The translations under genes and the position numbers were made by a program. Shown here piece after piece: positions 28,620 through 36,737 of a stretch of 51,567 nucleotides of DNA. The stretch covers positions 117,976 through 169,542 of the forward strand of contig JAWCMQ010000001.1 of assembly GCA_039091255.1 (NCBI GenBank), given 5' to 3'. The stretch is from Candidatus Aenigmatarchaeota archaeon (lineage in GTDB: Archaea; Aenigmatarchaeota; Aenigmatarchaeia; GW2011-AR5; JACRAC01). Under the pieces are notes generated by a model. The model ran no database searches and was not told the DNA's origin. It was given only the letters and a program-made list of their open reading frames with translations. Numbering within the stretch: the first letter of the stretch is position 1; each line of letters begins with the position of its first letter.

Positions 28620-29909
28620 TTACGGCGTTATTCTCGTTCTGTCCCTTGGCCACATCGCGCACTCGCGGATGTTGGACGCGCCCACAATCTGCATTGTAAG
28701 CCGTTCAAGCCCAAATGACCATCCCGCATGCGGTGGCGCACCATATCGGAAGCAGTCTATGTAGAACTTGAAGTTGTCGGGGTCAAGATCCTTCGCCTTT
28801 AGCTGCTTTATTAGCAGCTCAGGCAGATGTATGCGCTGCGCTCCACTGCTTATCTCCAGGCCGTTGTAGATGAGGTCGTACGCGCGGCACACGGCAGGGT
28901 TGTCCTCATATGGCATAGAGTAAAACGCCCGAACAGCCGTAGGCCAGTCTTTTATGAAAAACGCTGGATCGCCAACCAATTCGACAAGCTTTTTTTCTTG
29001 GCCTTTAGTGAAGTCGTCGCCCCATTGTATTATTTCGCCGGCTTTTTTCAGCATCTCGATTGCTTCCGTGTAGCTGACGCGCCTTAGCGGAAGCTTTGGC
29101 ACTTCGAGCTTGCGGCCTAGCAGCTCCAATTCTGCCGCGCATCTCTCTTTGACGCTCTTCAATATGTGCGCAAGCGCGCGCTCGAGATAGCTCATCGCGC
29201 CTTCGTCGTCAACGAAGGCTATTTCCATATCTAGCTGCCTCACCTCGTTAAGGTGAACGGGCGTGTCATGCGGCTCTGCCCTGAAAACAGGCATTACGGA
29301 AAATACCTTCTCGAGCGAAATCGCACCCATCTGCTTGTACAGCTGCGGCGACTGAGCAAGGAAGGCTTCTTTGTCGAAGTACGGTATTGCGAACAGCGAG
29401 GCCCCGCCCTCGCTCGCGCTGCCTATTATAATAGGCGGCTGCAGCTCGAATGCCCCTACGCTGATGCAAAACTCACGAAACGCTTGAAGGATTGCCGACT
29501 GCACCTTGAATATTGCGCGCGTCCTGGGCATCCGCAAGTCAAGGAAGCGCCAGTTGAGCCGTGTGTCGAGGTTTGCAGGCACGTTCGGGTCCAGCGGCAT
29601 CTGCTGGGGAGCATCGTTCAGGATTTCGATGGCATCGGGAATGATTTCGACGCCGCGCGGCGCTTGCTTGTTCGCCCTGACTTTCCCCTTCACGAGAATG
29701 ACCCATTCGCGCCCCAGCTCGTCTATCGTGCCGAGCACCGTTTCGCTGACGTCGCCCTTTTTGGCCGTCAGCTGAACGGTGCCGCTCGCATCGCGCAATA
29801 CGACGAATTTTAGTCCGCCATGCGCTCGCACAGTCTGCACCCAGCCTCCGACCGTTACGGTGCGCCCATCGAGCGTGGGCGCTATCTCCGATGTAGTATG
29901 TGTCCGCAT
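28620..29909 (-). CDS. aspS: aspartate--tRNA ligase (archaeal type)
   Basis: OB-fold N-terminus (GWVQTVRAHGGLKFVVLRD), class II motifs FRAE and GAPPHAGWSFGLERL, and the C-terminal WPRDRTRITP typical of archaeal AspRS. Confidence 0.8.
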   Translation of the reverse strand: MRTHTTSEIAPTLDGRTVTVGGWVQTVRAHGGLKFVVLRDASGTVQLTAKKGDVSETVLGTIDELGREWVILVKGKVRANKQAPRGVEIIPDAIEILNDAPQQMPLDPNVPANLDTRLNWRFLDLRMPRTRAIFKVQSAILQAFREFCISVGAFELQPPIIIGSASEGGASLFAIPYFDKEAFLAQSPQLYKQMGAISLEKVFSVMPVFRAEPHDTPVHLNEVRQLDMEIAFVDDEGAMSYLERALAHILKSVKERCAAELELLGRKLEVPKLPLRRVSYTEAIEMLKKAGEIIQWGDDFTKGQEKKLVELVGDPAFFIKDWPTAVRAFYSMPYEDNPAVCRAYDLIYNGLEISSGAQRIHLPELLIKQLKAKDLDPDNFKFYIDCFRYGAPPHAGWSFGLERLTMQIVGASNIRECAMWPRDRTRITP

Positions 29910-29935
29910 TTCGATTCCCTACATGATATGCAAGC

Positions 29936-30259
29936 CTACGGCTTCACAATGTACACGTTGAACAGAATCGTCCAAACGACGAACCACGTGAAGACATAAA
30001 CCGTCAAGCCCGATGACCACCAGCGCTTGCCGCCGATGGCCACAGGCTTTAGCAAAGCCTTGACCGCCATCGTAACGACAGCTCCGACAATTATCATTAT
30101 GCCCAAGGCGGCAAGCGGAATGTTAATCAAAAACGATACATAGCCAACGATCAAGCCGACCAGCGAATAAACCGCAACAAGCTTTCTGTGCAGCGATAGC
30201 TTCGTGCGAGAGCTCGGAGAAGGCGTTTGGGAAGATTGAGCAGTTGGCGACTCGGCCAT
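29936..30259 (-). CDS. small membrane protein (3 TM), function unknown
   Basis: 107 aa with ATG at 30259. It has an S/P/T-rich N-terminus followed by three hydrophobic helices. It lies 4 nt downstream of rnhB. Confidence 0.45.
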   Translation of the reverse strand: MAESPTAQSSQTPSPSSRTKLSLHRKLVAVYSLVGLIVGYVSFLINIPLAALGIMIIVGAVVTMAVKALLKPVAIGGKRWWSSGLTVYVFTWFVVWTILFNVYIVKP

Positions 30260-30263
30260 CGTC

Positions 30264-30989
30264 TCACCAGTGCTTTGGTTCTGCGAATTCTTTCAGCTTC
30301 CTTTGCTCATGCGCTGCCCGCGCGGCCTTGGCAAGCTCGCGCGCAGTCACCCATGAGCGCCGCACGAAATACGGCAATTCTTTATTCTTCTTCAACCAAT
30401 CCTTTAAAAAGGCGATTGTCTTTGGGTCGCTGGGATAGCCTGAACCGAAATCACCGTAGCGACGTGCAAGCTTGCGGACCTCCGCGTCGCGGATGACTTT
30501 CGCGATGATGGAAGCTGCTCCAACAATCGGATGACTGGCGTCCGCGTAATTCTCGCACACGAGCTCGAATGTGCCGGCTTTTTCGCGCACTTTTAGCTCA
30601 TCGGAAAGCCCGCGCAAGACCGCGGCGCGGAACTTCTTCGTATCCGCTTCGATGGCATCGATGATGACCTTATCAGGCTTCAGGGTGCTGATGATGTCTT
30701 GCATGTGCTTTATCTCAATCTTGTTCAGGTTTGTCTCGTTTCGCAATCGGTCAATGTCCATCGCTGTCAATTTGACGACCGCATAATCGTCCGCCAGCCT
30801 TTTGAGCTTGTGGTAAAAAAAGCTTCGCTGCCGAGGCGAAAGCTTTTTCGAATCCTTCACGCCCCACTTCTCAAGCACAGGCAGCTTCTCTTCGCTTAAC
30901 AGAAAGCCGCACATGACAAACGGCCCTATGACGGGCCCGCGCCCCGCCTCATCGATGCCCAGCACTTTCTTTGGCATTTGATAACTCAT
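30264..30989 (-). CDS. rnhB: ribonuclease HII
   Basis: LGIDEAGRGPVIGP catalytic motif and the SKKLS and DSK pattern. ATG at 30989. Confidence 0.9.
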   Translation of the reverse strand: MSYQMPKKVLGIDEAGRGPVIGPFVMCGFLLSEEKLPVLEKWGVKDSKKLSPRQRSFFYHKLKRLADDYAVVKLTAMDIDRLRNETNLNKIEIKHMQDIISTLKPDKVIIDAIEADTKKFRAAVLRGLSDELKVREKAGTFELVCENYADASHPIVGAASIIAKVIRDAEVRKLARRYGDFGSGYPSDPKTIAFLKDWLKKNKELPYFVRRSWVTARELAKAARAAHEQRKLKEFAEPKHW

Positions 30990-31008
30990 TTTGCCGTTAT
31001 ATTAAAGG

Positions 31009-31016
31009 TTAAATAC
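31009..31016 (+). promoter_or_regulatory. TATA box for tRNA-Met
   Basis: TTAAATAC is centred about 27 nt upstream of the tRNA 5' end at 31040. A second AT box, TTATATTAAA, lies at 30997-31006. Confidence 0.5.
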
Positions 31017-31039
31017 CCTCTAGCCTAACTCAACAGCAC

Positions 31040-31167
31040 AGCGGAGTAGAGCAGCCTGGAGTGCTCGCGAGGCCCATACAGCCCTTTTGTTCGCTGCGCT
31101 CACGAAAGCGCTGGCGGAAAAGGCTTGTGTTACCTCGAGGTCGCTGGTTCAAATCCAGCCTCCGCTA
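31040..31167 (+). tRNA. tRNA-Met (CAU) with a 53-nt intron at 37/38; A1:U72 is initiator-like
   Basis: Exons are 31040-31078 and 31132-31167. The acceptor AGCGGAG/CTCCGCT pairs 7 of 7 and the D stem is GAGC/GCTC. The anticodon stem is CGAGG/CCTCG with loop CCCATAA (anticodon at 31075-31077). The T arm is GCTGG-TTCAAAT-CCAGC and the discriminator is A. A CAU anticodon could also be Ile2. Confidence 0.8.
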
Positions 31168-31238
31168 TTTGCCTGTTGGCGCGTTCTGTCAAATGCGCTC
31201 CCGAAAGCTCACCTAAAGATATAAACCGATGTTCGCAT

Positions 31239-31958
31239 ATGCATACCATGGACCATCCGTGGAAGCAGAAGCACGCCGAGCTTCACAAAAAAGGCTTCGA
31301 AAGCTGGATAAGTTCGTTCATTCTCGGATGCCAGGATGGGCTCGTGAATGTCCTCGGAATACTGCTTGGCGTCGCCGCGGCAACAGGCGACGTGCGAATC
31401 ATAATAATAGCGGGCCTTGCCGCCACGTTCGCAGAGAGCATCTCCATGGCTGCTGTCGCCTATACATCATCCAAAGCCGAAGCCGCGTACTACCAAAAAG
31501 AGCTCGCCCGGGAGAAGTGGGAAATCAGAAACTGGCCCGACCGCGAAAAGCAAGAGGTGCGCGTAATCTATCGGCGCAAAGGTTTTACCGGACCCCTGCT
31601 CGAGGCCATTGTCCGAAAAATAACCAGCAAAAAGTCGCGCTGGCTGCGCACGATGATGGAGGAAGAGGTCAAACTTTCGCCACCTCGCGCATCGCCGCTC
31701 GCCGAAGGCGCGGTCGTAGGCGCTTCGGCGATTGTTGGCTCACTCGTTCCGCTTGTGCCGTTCTTTTTCCTGCCTGTCGCAGGCGGCATCGAGACTACGC
31801 TTATCATCTCAGCGGCTGCGCTTTTCGCAATCGGTGCGTACAAGGCGAAGATCACCGTCGGCCGATGGTGGTCCAATGGCCTCGAGATGGCAACAATAGG
31901 TATGGCCGCGGCGGTCATCGGATACCTTATAGGAAGCGCGCTCGGAGTGGTGGTATAA
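31239..31958 (+). CDS. VIT1/CCC1-family iron/manganese transporter
   Basis: SFILGCQDGLVNVLGILLGVA, a central cytosolic helical segment and C-terminal TM helices. ATG at 31239. The track ORF start at 31125 (TTG) runs through the tRNA gene. Confidence 0.8.
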   Translation: MHTMDHPWKQKHAELHKKGFESWISSFILGCQDGLVNVLGILLGVAAATGDVRIIIIAGLAATFAESISMAAVAYTSSKAEAAYYQKELAREKWEIRNWPDREKQEVRVIYRRKGFTGPLLEAIVRKITSKKSRWLRTMMEEEVKLSPPRASPLAEGAVVGASAIVGSLVPLVPFFFLPVAGGIETTLIISAAALFAIGAYKAKITVGRWWSNGLEMATIGMAAAVIGYLIGSALGVVV

Positions 31959-32030
31959 AAAATCTTCTTTAGCATTTCGCATCGTGCAGAAACCGCTCCG
32001 CTTTAAATCGCCTGCTAATAAAGCAGTTTC

Positions 32031-33053
32031 ATGGCAACGGATTATATCGCAGCCGTAGACATCGGTGGTACGAAAATAACGGCCACATTGGCGAACAAAG
32101 AAGGAATATTGACTAAAATTTATCAGCCTACAAAAAAGGAAGGCGACAACCTCACAGTCCCGCGCCAGGTCGACTCGATGGTAGAATATTCTTGCGGCAG
32201 AATCGGCGCAGCCAAATCGGACATATGCGCCGTCGGGATATCAACATGCAGTCCCTTCGAGCAGCGCGGCAGCGAACGCGTTGTCGTGACGCCTAACCTG
32301 TGCGGCGGGCTCGCAAAGGAGCGTGGCGTGATACCAAACGATTGGATGGAAATACCGCTGGAACAGCATCTCAGAAACCTCTACAAATCAGTCACAGCGG
32401 AAAACGACTGCGTGTCTGCAGCGGTAGCAGAGCATACGTTCGGAAATCTTCGCGGAGTCGACAATGGCGGTTATGTCACCGTCAGCACCGGCATAGGCAT
32501 GGGATTCTACGTTGATGGAAAAATAATTCGCGGCAAAAACGGAAACGCAGGCCATGGAGGGCATATGTTCATAGTAGAAAAAGGCCGCCAATGTGGTTGC
32601 GGAAACTATGGGGACCTTGAAGCCGTAGCATCCGGCACAGCCATGGCGCTTGATTATGCTGAACTTGCAGAAATCGATCCCGAATCCGTGGACGCCAAGA
32701 AAGTCTTCAGCCGTTATCGCGATGGAGACAAGCATGCAACCAACGTAGTCAAGCGAGCCGCGCGCAATCTTGCGCGGGGCCTTGCATCGGTCGCAGCGCT
32801 GCTCGACACGCATGTTTTCGTGCTAGGCGGCAGCGTGATGAACGATCGCGACATCTTCCTTCCGCTTGTCAAGGAAGAGTTCTACAAGGCATTTCCTGCG
32901 CTTACGCGTGGTGTCGAATTCCGCGAGCCGGGTCTGGGCAAGTACCTTGGCGACATGGCCGCGCTAAGCCTGGTCATGCCCGAAGATTGGGTTACAGAAT
33001 GGCTCGAAAAGCGTCCTTGGGAGCGCGCGCCTGAAGCCGAGGTTCTGGCATAG
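32031..33053 (+). CDS. ROK-family sugar kinase (glucokinase-like)
   Basis: AVDIGGTKITATL ATP site and the ROK zinc motif GHMFIVEKGRQCGCGNYGDLE. A TATA-like CTTTAAATC lies about 25 nt upstream of the ATG. Confidence 0.8.
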   Translation: MATDYIAAVDIGGTKITATLANKEGILTKIYQPTKKEGDNLTVPRQVDSMVEYSCGRIGAAKSDICAVGISTCSPFEQRGSERVVVTPNLCGGLAKERGVIPNDWMEIPLEQHLRNLYKSVTAENDCVSAAVAEHTFGNLRGVDNGGYVTVSTGIGMGFYVDGKIIRGKNGNAGHGGHMFIVEKGRQCGCGNYGDLEAVASGTAMALDYAELAEIDPESVDAKKVFSRYRDGDKHATNVVKRAARNLARGLASVAALLDTHVFVLGGSVMNDRDIFLPLVKEEFYKAFPALTRGVEFREPGLGKYLGDMAALSLVMPEDWVTEWLEKRPWERAPEAEVLA

Positions 33054-33067
33054 CACTGCACGCGTTT

Positions 33068-33253
33068 CTATGCAGCATGCTCTTCAGGCAGCATCATCTC
33101 CGACAGCGGCCTTCCTACTTCGCTCGAGGCGTCATAAGCCGCCAGCGCCTCCCTTAGCCTGCAATCGAGCCCGTAGGAAGCGCCATGCCCTCGCTCGTGC
33201 GCGGATTGCGCGTCCGGCGCTGAAGGCATCGTCTCTTCTTTTTCGTACCTCAT
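33068..33253 (-). CDS. small acidic hypothetical protein (61 aa)
   Basis: ATG at 33253 is preceded by a strong GGAGGG 6 nt upstream. I recognise no homology. Confidence 0.35.
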   Translation of the reverse strand: MRYEKEETMPSAPDAQSAHERGHGASYGLDCRLREALAAYDASSEVGRPLSEMMLPEEHAA

Positions 33254-33309
33254 GCTTTTCCCTCCTTTGTGCGGACCGCAGAAACCCAAGCGCCCTCAAG
33301 CTCGTTTGT

Positions 33310-33367
33310 AAAAAAACGCCGAGAAGCAAACCAAAGGGACGCAAGCGATTTACTGCGAACCCTTTGG
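33310..33367 (-). terminator. hairpin plus T7 tract (terminator-like)
   Basis: 8-bp inverted repeat CCAAAGGG/CCCTTTGG (33367-33360 and 33338-33331), followed on the minus strand by TTTTTTT (33316-33310). Confidence 0.3.
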
Positions 33368-33594
33368 CGCGGCAGCGACAGCTCCGATTGCCTTGTTTCC
33401 GACAGTATTCACGAAACTGTTGCTGCTTTGCATACCTCCATTTATCGCGTTTATTGCATTTAAAGGTTCAGGCCTCTGCGCGAGGCGCCGAACGGCCGCT
33501 GCACTTTGGCATCCGCCTCCCAGTCGCAACCTGTAGCCACCGCTCAAAAGTGACTTTAGTAAAACTTAAGAACATTTCAGCTTCATCTTAGCGC

Positions 33595-34584
33595 ATGGGC
33601 CGAAAGTATGCGAAAATCCGCTTAGCGCTGCCCATCGGCAGCCTGAACCATCCCAAAAGGGGGAACACCTGCGAAATATTCCAGCGCGCCGGTTATGCAA
33701 TTCGTGGCTATGACCCAGGTCTTGAATCCCCAAAACCTGCCATAGCGGACCATCCTGAAATCGAGCTTTCTGTTGGCAGGCCGCAGGACTTCCCGCGCAT
33801 GCTCGCGAAAGGCCAGTATGACATCGCAATCATGGGAGAAGATTGGTTCAGGGAAGTCCAGAATCCCGGCGTAAAGAAAATCGGAGACCTCGGATACGGA
33901 AATGTTACGATTGTTGCCGCTGTAATCACGTCTGCGCCCTACCGCTCGCTTGGCGAATTCTTTTCGAAAAACCAAAAGGGCGTAGAATGTTATACAGAAT
34001 ATCCCAATCTGACAAAGCGATGGTTCATGTCCGAACGCGAATATAAGCGCGCGTTCGGCAGAGCAGCACCTGTTATCGAGATGCACGGCTATGAAACCTC
34101 TGGCAGGAACAAAAAAATCCGCATAATAGAGACAGCAGGCCAAACAGAAGGGTTCGTAAGACGCGCCGACCAGATTATGGTAGACAACATTCAGACAGGC
34201 GAAACGCTAAAAAAGCATAGGCTGAAAGTGCTTGCGACGCTTATGGAATCCCAGGCAGGACTTTACAAAGGTCCGACCTGCACGGACGATAAGGAAAGGA
34301 AGGCAGAGGAGATTTTCAAGATGCTTAGAGGCGCTGCGGTTGCCAAAAGCTACTATGACGTGTGGTTTAATACGCGAAGCGATGCGACTAAGAATATCAT
34401 CGAATATCTCGAAAAAGAAAGGCTATGCATCGCTGAGCCGACTATCATACCGCCTCAGGTTGGTCAGAAGTATGCCTCCGTGCACATCCTGGCACCCAAA
34501 GATAGGTGGGCGAACTGCGCACCTCGCCTGTGGAAGCTTGGCGCAGAAGGGATAGTCGTCACCCAGCCGACACAGGTAATATAG
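33595..34584 (+). CDS. ATP phosphoribosyltransferase-like protein (HisG fold, long form)
   Basis: IRLALPIGSL N-terminus, DIAIMGEDW, ...ADQIMVDNIQTGETLKKHRLKVL (near-match to the HisG TGxTL signature), and a C-terminal regulatory-like domain. No other his genes are in the window. Confidence 0.6.
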   Translation: MGRKYAKIRLALPIGSLNHPKRGNTCEIFQRAGYAIRGYDPGLESPKPAIADHPEIELSVGRPQDFPRMLAKGQYDIAIMGEDWFREVQNPGVKKIGDLGYGNVTIVAAVITSAPYRSLGEFFSKNQKGVECYTEYPNLTKRWFMSEREYKRAFGRAAPVIEMHGYETSGRNKKIRIIETAGQTEGFVRRADQIMVDNIQTGETLKKHRLKVLATLMESQAGLYKGPTCTDDKERKAEEIFKMLRGAAVAKSYYDVWFNTRSDATKNIIEYLEKERLCIAEPTIIPPQVGQKYASVHILAPKDRWANCAPRLWKLGAEGIVVTQPTQVI

Positions 34585-34587
34585 CAG

Positions 34588-35094
34588 ATGCGACACCGGC
34601 TATCCCGAGCTAAAGAGAAGGCTGAGATTATGCCCTTCCCAAAGGCCATCACCGCAAAGATTTTGGAATTGGACGTCTCGCAATGCAACACATACTTCGC
34701 CACTCAGAGGCTGGTGGAGCTGCTTAGGAAAAAGCGCCTGTTTCACCCAATATATCTTTACCGCGGGACAGACGAGCAGGAGATATGGCTCATGGCTGGA
34801 GCCATCAAGAATGCCGCTAGGAACGTCGAAGGCGCAGCCGGCGATTCGATAGAATGCTACACCGCCAAGGACCTCCAGGAAATCGCCAACGACTCGAGCG
34901 ACCGGATAAGCCCCATCACCTACGCAATAGACAACGCCAAGCGCGGCGATTCGCTGTCCGACGACCCTGTCATTGCCGTTCTTAAGGCCAGCGAACTGGA
35001 GTATGCGGGAGAGCGCTCAAATTATGAGTATCGGTTCAAGCGCCCAAACGAGAAGCTGCGGGCGCTTGCGGCGGTGGTGCGCCTGAAATTCTAG
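34588..35094 (+). CDS. hypothetical protein, likely co-transcribed with the HisG-like gene
   Basis: 168-aa ORF whose ATG lies 4 nt after the HisG-like stop. No family recognised. Confidence 0.5.
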   Translation: MRHRLSRAKEKAEIMPFPKAITAKILELDVSQCNTYFATQRLVELLRKKRLFHPIYLYRGTDEQEIWLMAGAIKNAARNVEGAAGDSIECYTAKDLQEIANDSSDRISPITYAIDNAKRGDSLSDDPVIAVLKASELEYAGERSNYEYRFKRPNEKLRALAAVVRLKF

Positions 35095-35117
35095 AAAAGA
35101 ATGCGCAAGCGGCGCCA

Positions 35118-35936
35118 TCACGGCGCAGCGGGCACGTAAGGCAGATACGTCACCCAGTGCCATGCATCGGGCAAGAGGTCGGCATTGCCAGCGGCGTCCA
35201 CCGCGCGGACACGCATGACGTGCGCACCCCATGCTAAGCCCGTGTACGTCTTCGGGCTCGTGCAGACCGAGAAAGCGCCGCCATCCAAGCTGCATTCGAA
35301 ATGGTCTAGATCCTTGTCGTCGCTGCCTACGAATGAAAATGATACGCTGGAAGATGGGGAAATCCCTCCATTCGGAACATAGCGGCCATCTTCATCGACT
35401 GCGAAAGTTGTTTCTGTTTCAGGCGGCACATTGTCCTTGTTAAAGAACGTGCAATTGACATAATCGCCCTCGTCGACGTACACCTCGACAGTCCGCGCGC
35501 TGATGTTTATTAGTTGAGTCGATGGTATGAGTTCTGTGCAGTTTATGTCCACAAGTTCCCAACCCTCCGGAGGCCCCTCCTCCGTGATGTTGTGCAAGCC
35601 TTCAACCACTGTAACCTCAGTGCAATTGCTGTAAGTCGAATCGATTCCGCCGTCGTCATCCAACGTGAAATCTCCAAACGTTGTGTTGAAGTTAAAGTCC
35701 TGCGGATCCTGCGGCGTGCTGTTCTTGCAAACTTTTATAACCGAAACCGCAGGCGTCGGCGTAGGCGTAGGCGTTGGCGTTGGCGTTGGGGTCGGCTCCT
35801 GTGCGGATGCGACATTGTTGCCAGCAACGAAGGCAATAAGCAGCAGTGCCACGACCAGCACAGCGGCGGAGGGTGCCGAAGAACCTGCCTTTCTGATAGA
35901 AGTACAGGCCATTGCCAACACGCACCTTATGTACAT
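35118..35936 (-). CDS. secreted/anchored protein with (Thr-Pro)8 linker and beta-sandwich domains
   Basis: N-terminal hydrophobic signal/anchor (AAVLVVALLLIAFVAG) and linker EPTPTPTPTPTPTPTPTPAV. A prealbumin-like segment (VCKNSTPQDPQDFNFNTTFGDFTLDDDGG) follows. The Ig-like C-terminal domain has FECSLDGGAFSVCTSPKTYTGL...VRAVDAAGNAD. Confidence 0.7.
   Translation of the reverse strand: MYIRCVLAMACTSIRKAGSSAPSAAVLVVALLLIAFVAGNNVASAQEPTPTPTPTPTPTPTPAVSVIKVCKNSTPQDPQDFNFNTTFGDFTLDDDGGIDSTYSNCTEVTVVEGLHNITEEGPPEGWELVDINCTELIPSTQLINISARTVEVYVDEGDYVNCTFFNKDNVPPETETTFAVDEDGRYVPNGGISPSSSVSFSFVGSDDKDLDHFECSLDGGAFSVCTSPKTYTGLAWGAHVMRVRAVDAAGNADLLPDAWHWVTYLPYVPAAP
35752..35796 (-). repeat. hexanucleotide tandem repeat (GGCGTN)n encoding the (PT)8 linker
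   Basis: ggcgtcggcgtaggcgtaggcgttggcgttggcgttggggtcggc on the plus strand. Confidence 0.8.
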
Positions 35937-36059
35937 ATAGTTTCAGCGCATGGCTTAAAGATATCCAAGGCGGCAGAACCGGTTGGGCGGGAGCGCAGGA
36001 GCAGGCTTGAGAAGGCGAGAGCTGGCTCGGCTTTTAAGCGTATTTGCGCATGTAAGTGC

Positions 36060-36734
36060 ATGCTTTCCCTTATTCTTCCCATCTATAACCAGGCATGCGA
36101 GCTGAAGAAAAACTTCACGAGGATTGTCACCGAACTTGAGAAGGCAAAAAAATCCCGGAAGATTCCATACGAAATCCTAATCGTCGAAGAGAGCATAGAT
36201 AGCACACCAGAAATTGCGCAGCAACTCGAAAAGAAATATCCCTTCGTCCGCCACTTTCACTCGGACATCCGTTTGGGAAAAGGCGGCGCGATTATGCTCG
36301 GCATCAGAAAAGCAAAAGGCGAGCTCGTGGCTTTCACGGACATCGACCTTGCTGCGGACATTGCGGAATTGCCGAAATTCATTGATGCTCTCAAGAACAA
36401 CGACATCGCTGTAGGGCTAAGGATTGCTAAGCGAAGCCTACATAGAAAGCTTCTCGGCAGCGCTTATGTCGCGCTGTGCCGCCTGATGTTCGGCATTCCT
36501 GTTCGCGACCTCCAGTGCGGCTTCAAGGTGTTTCGCCGCTCGGCCGTCGTGCCGCTCCTTCCGCGCATCAAAACCGCATCGTTTGTCTGGGATACGGAAT
36601 TTTTGCTGCGAGCGACACAAGCAGGGCTGCGAATCGCCGAGATTCCCGTAGCCTGGCAAGAAACGAGCAAGCTCACAAAAGCGCATATGAGAATGCCGCT
36701 CGAGCTGATATGGCTCTGGTTATCCGATTCATAG
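36060..36734 (+). CDS. GT2 glycosyltransferase, polyprenol/dolichol-phosphate hexose synthase-like
   Basis: MLSLILPIYNQ start, GKGGAIMLG, FTDIDLAAD (DxD-like), DLQCGFKVFRR and WDTEFL, typical of the Dpm1/Alg5/AglD-like GT2 family. ATG at 36060. The upstream part of the track ORF is antisense to the previous gene. Confidence 0.8.
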   Translation: MLSLILPIYNQACELKKNFTRIVTELEKAKKSRKIPYEILIVEESIDSTPEIAQQLEKKYPFVRHFHSDIRLGKGGAIMLGIRKAKGELVAFTDIDLAADIAELPKFIDALKNNDIAVGLRIAKRSLHRKLLGSAYVALCRLMFGIPVRDLQCGFKVFRRSAVVPLLPRIKTASFVWDTEFLLRATQAGLRIAEIPVAWQETSKLTKAHMRMPLELIWLWLSDS

Positions 36735-36737
36735 TCA

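Noticed and set aside
31125-31238. N-terminal extension of the VIT1-family ORF (TTG start at 31125).
   Set aside because: The extension reads through the 3' exon of tRNA-Met. The conserved protein begins at ATG 31239.
34588-35094. Possible ADP-ribosyltransferase-like R-S-E spacing in the 168-aa ORF (LYRGTD, then about 38 aa to ...CYTAK..., then about 45 aa to ...SELEYAG).
   Set aside because: The middle S-T-S position lacks the serine. The protein is shorter than known ARTs, and the match is three short motifs found by eye. It is too weak to call and is only worth an HHpred check.
35514-36059. Upstream 182 codons of the plus-strand track ORF containing the GT2 gene.
   Set aside because: They are antisense to the well-supported TP-linker protein gene, and the translation is Arg/Trp-rich mirror sequence. 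The GT2 fold starts at ATG 36060.
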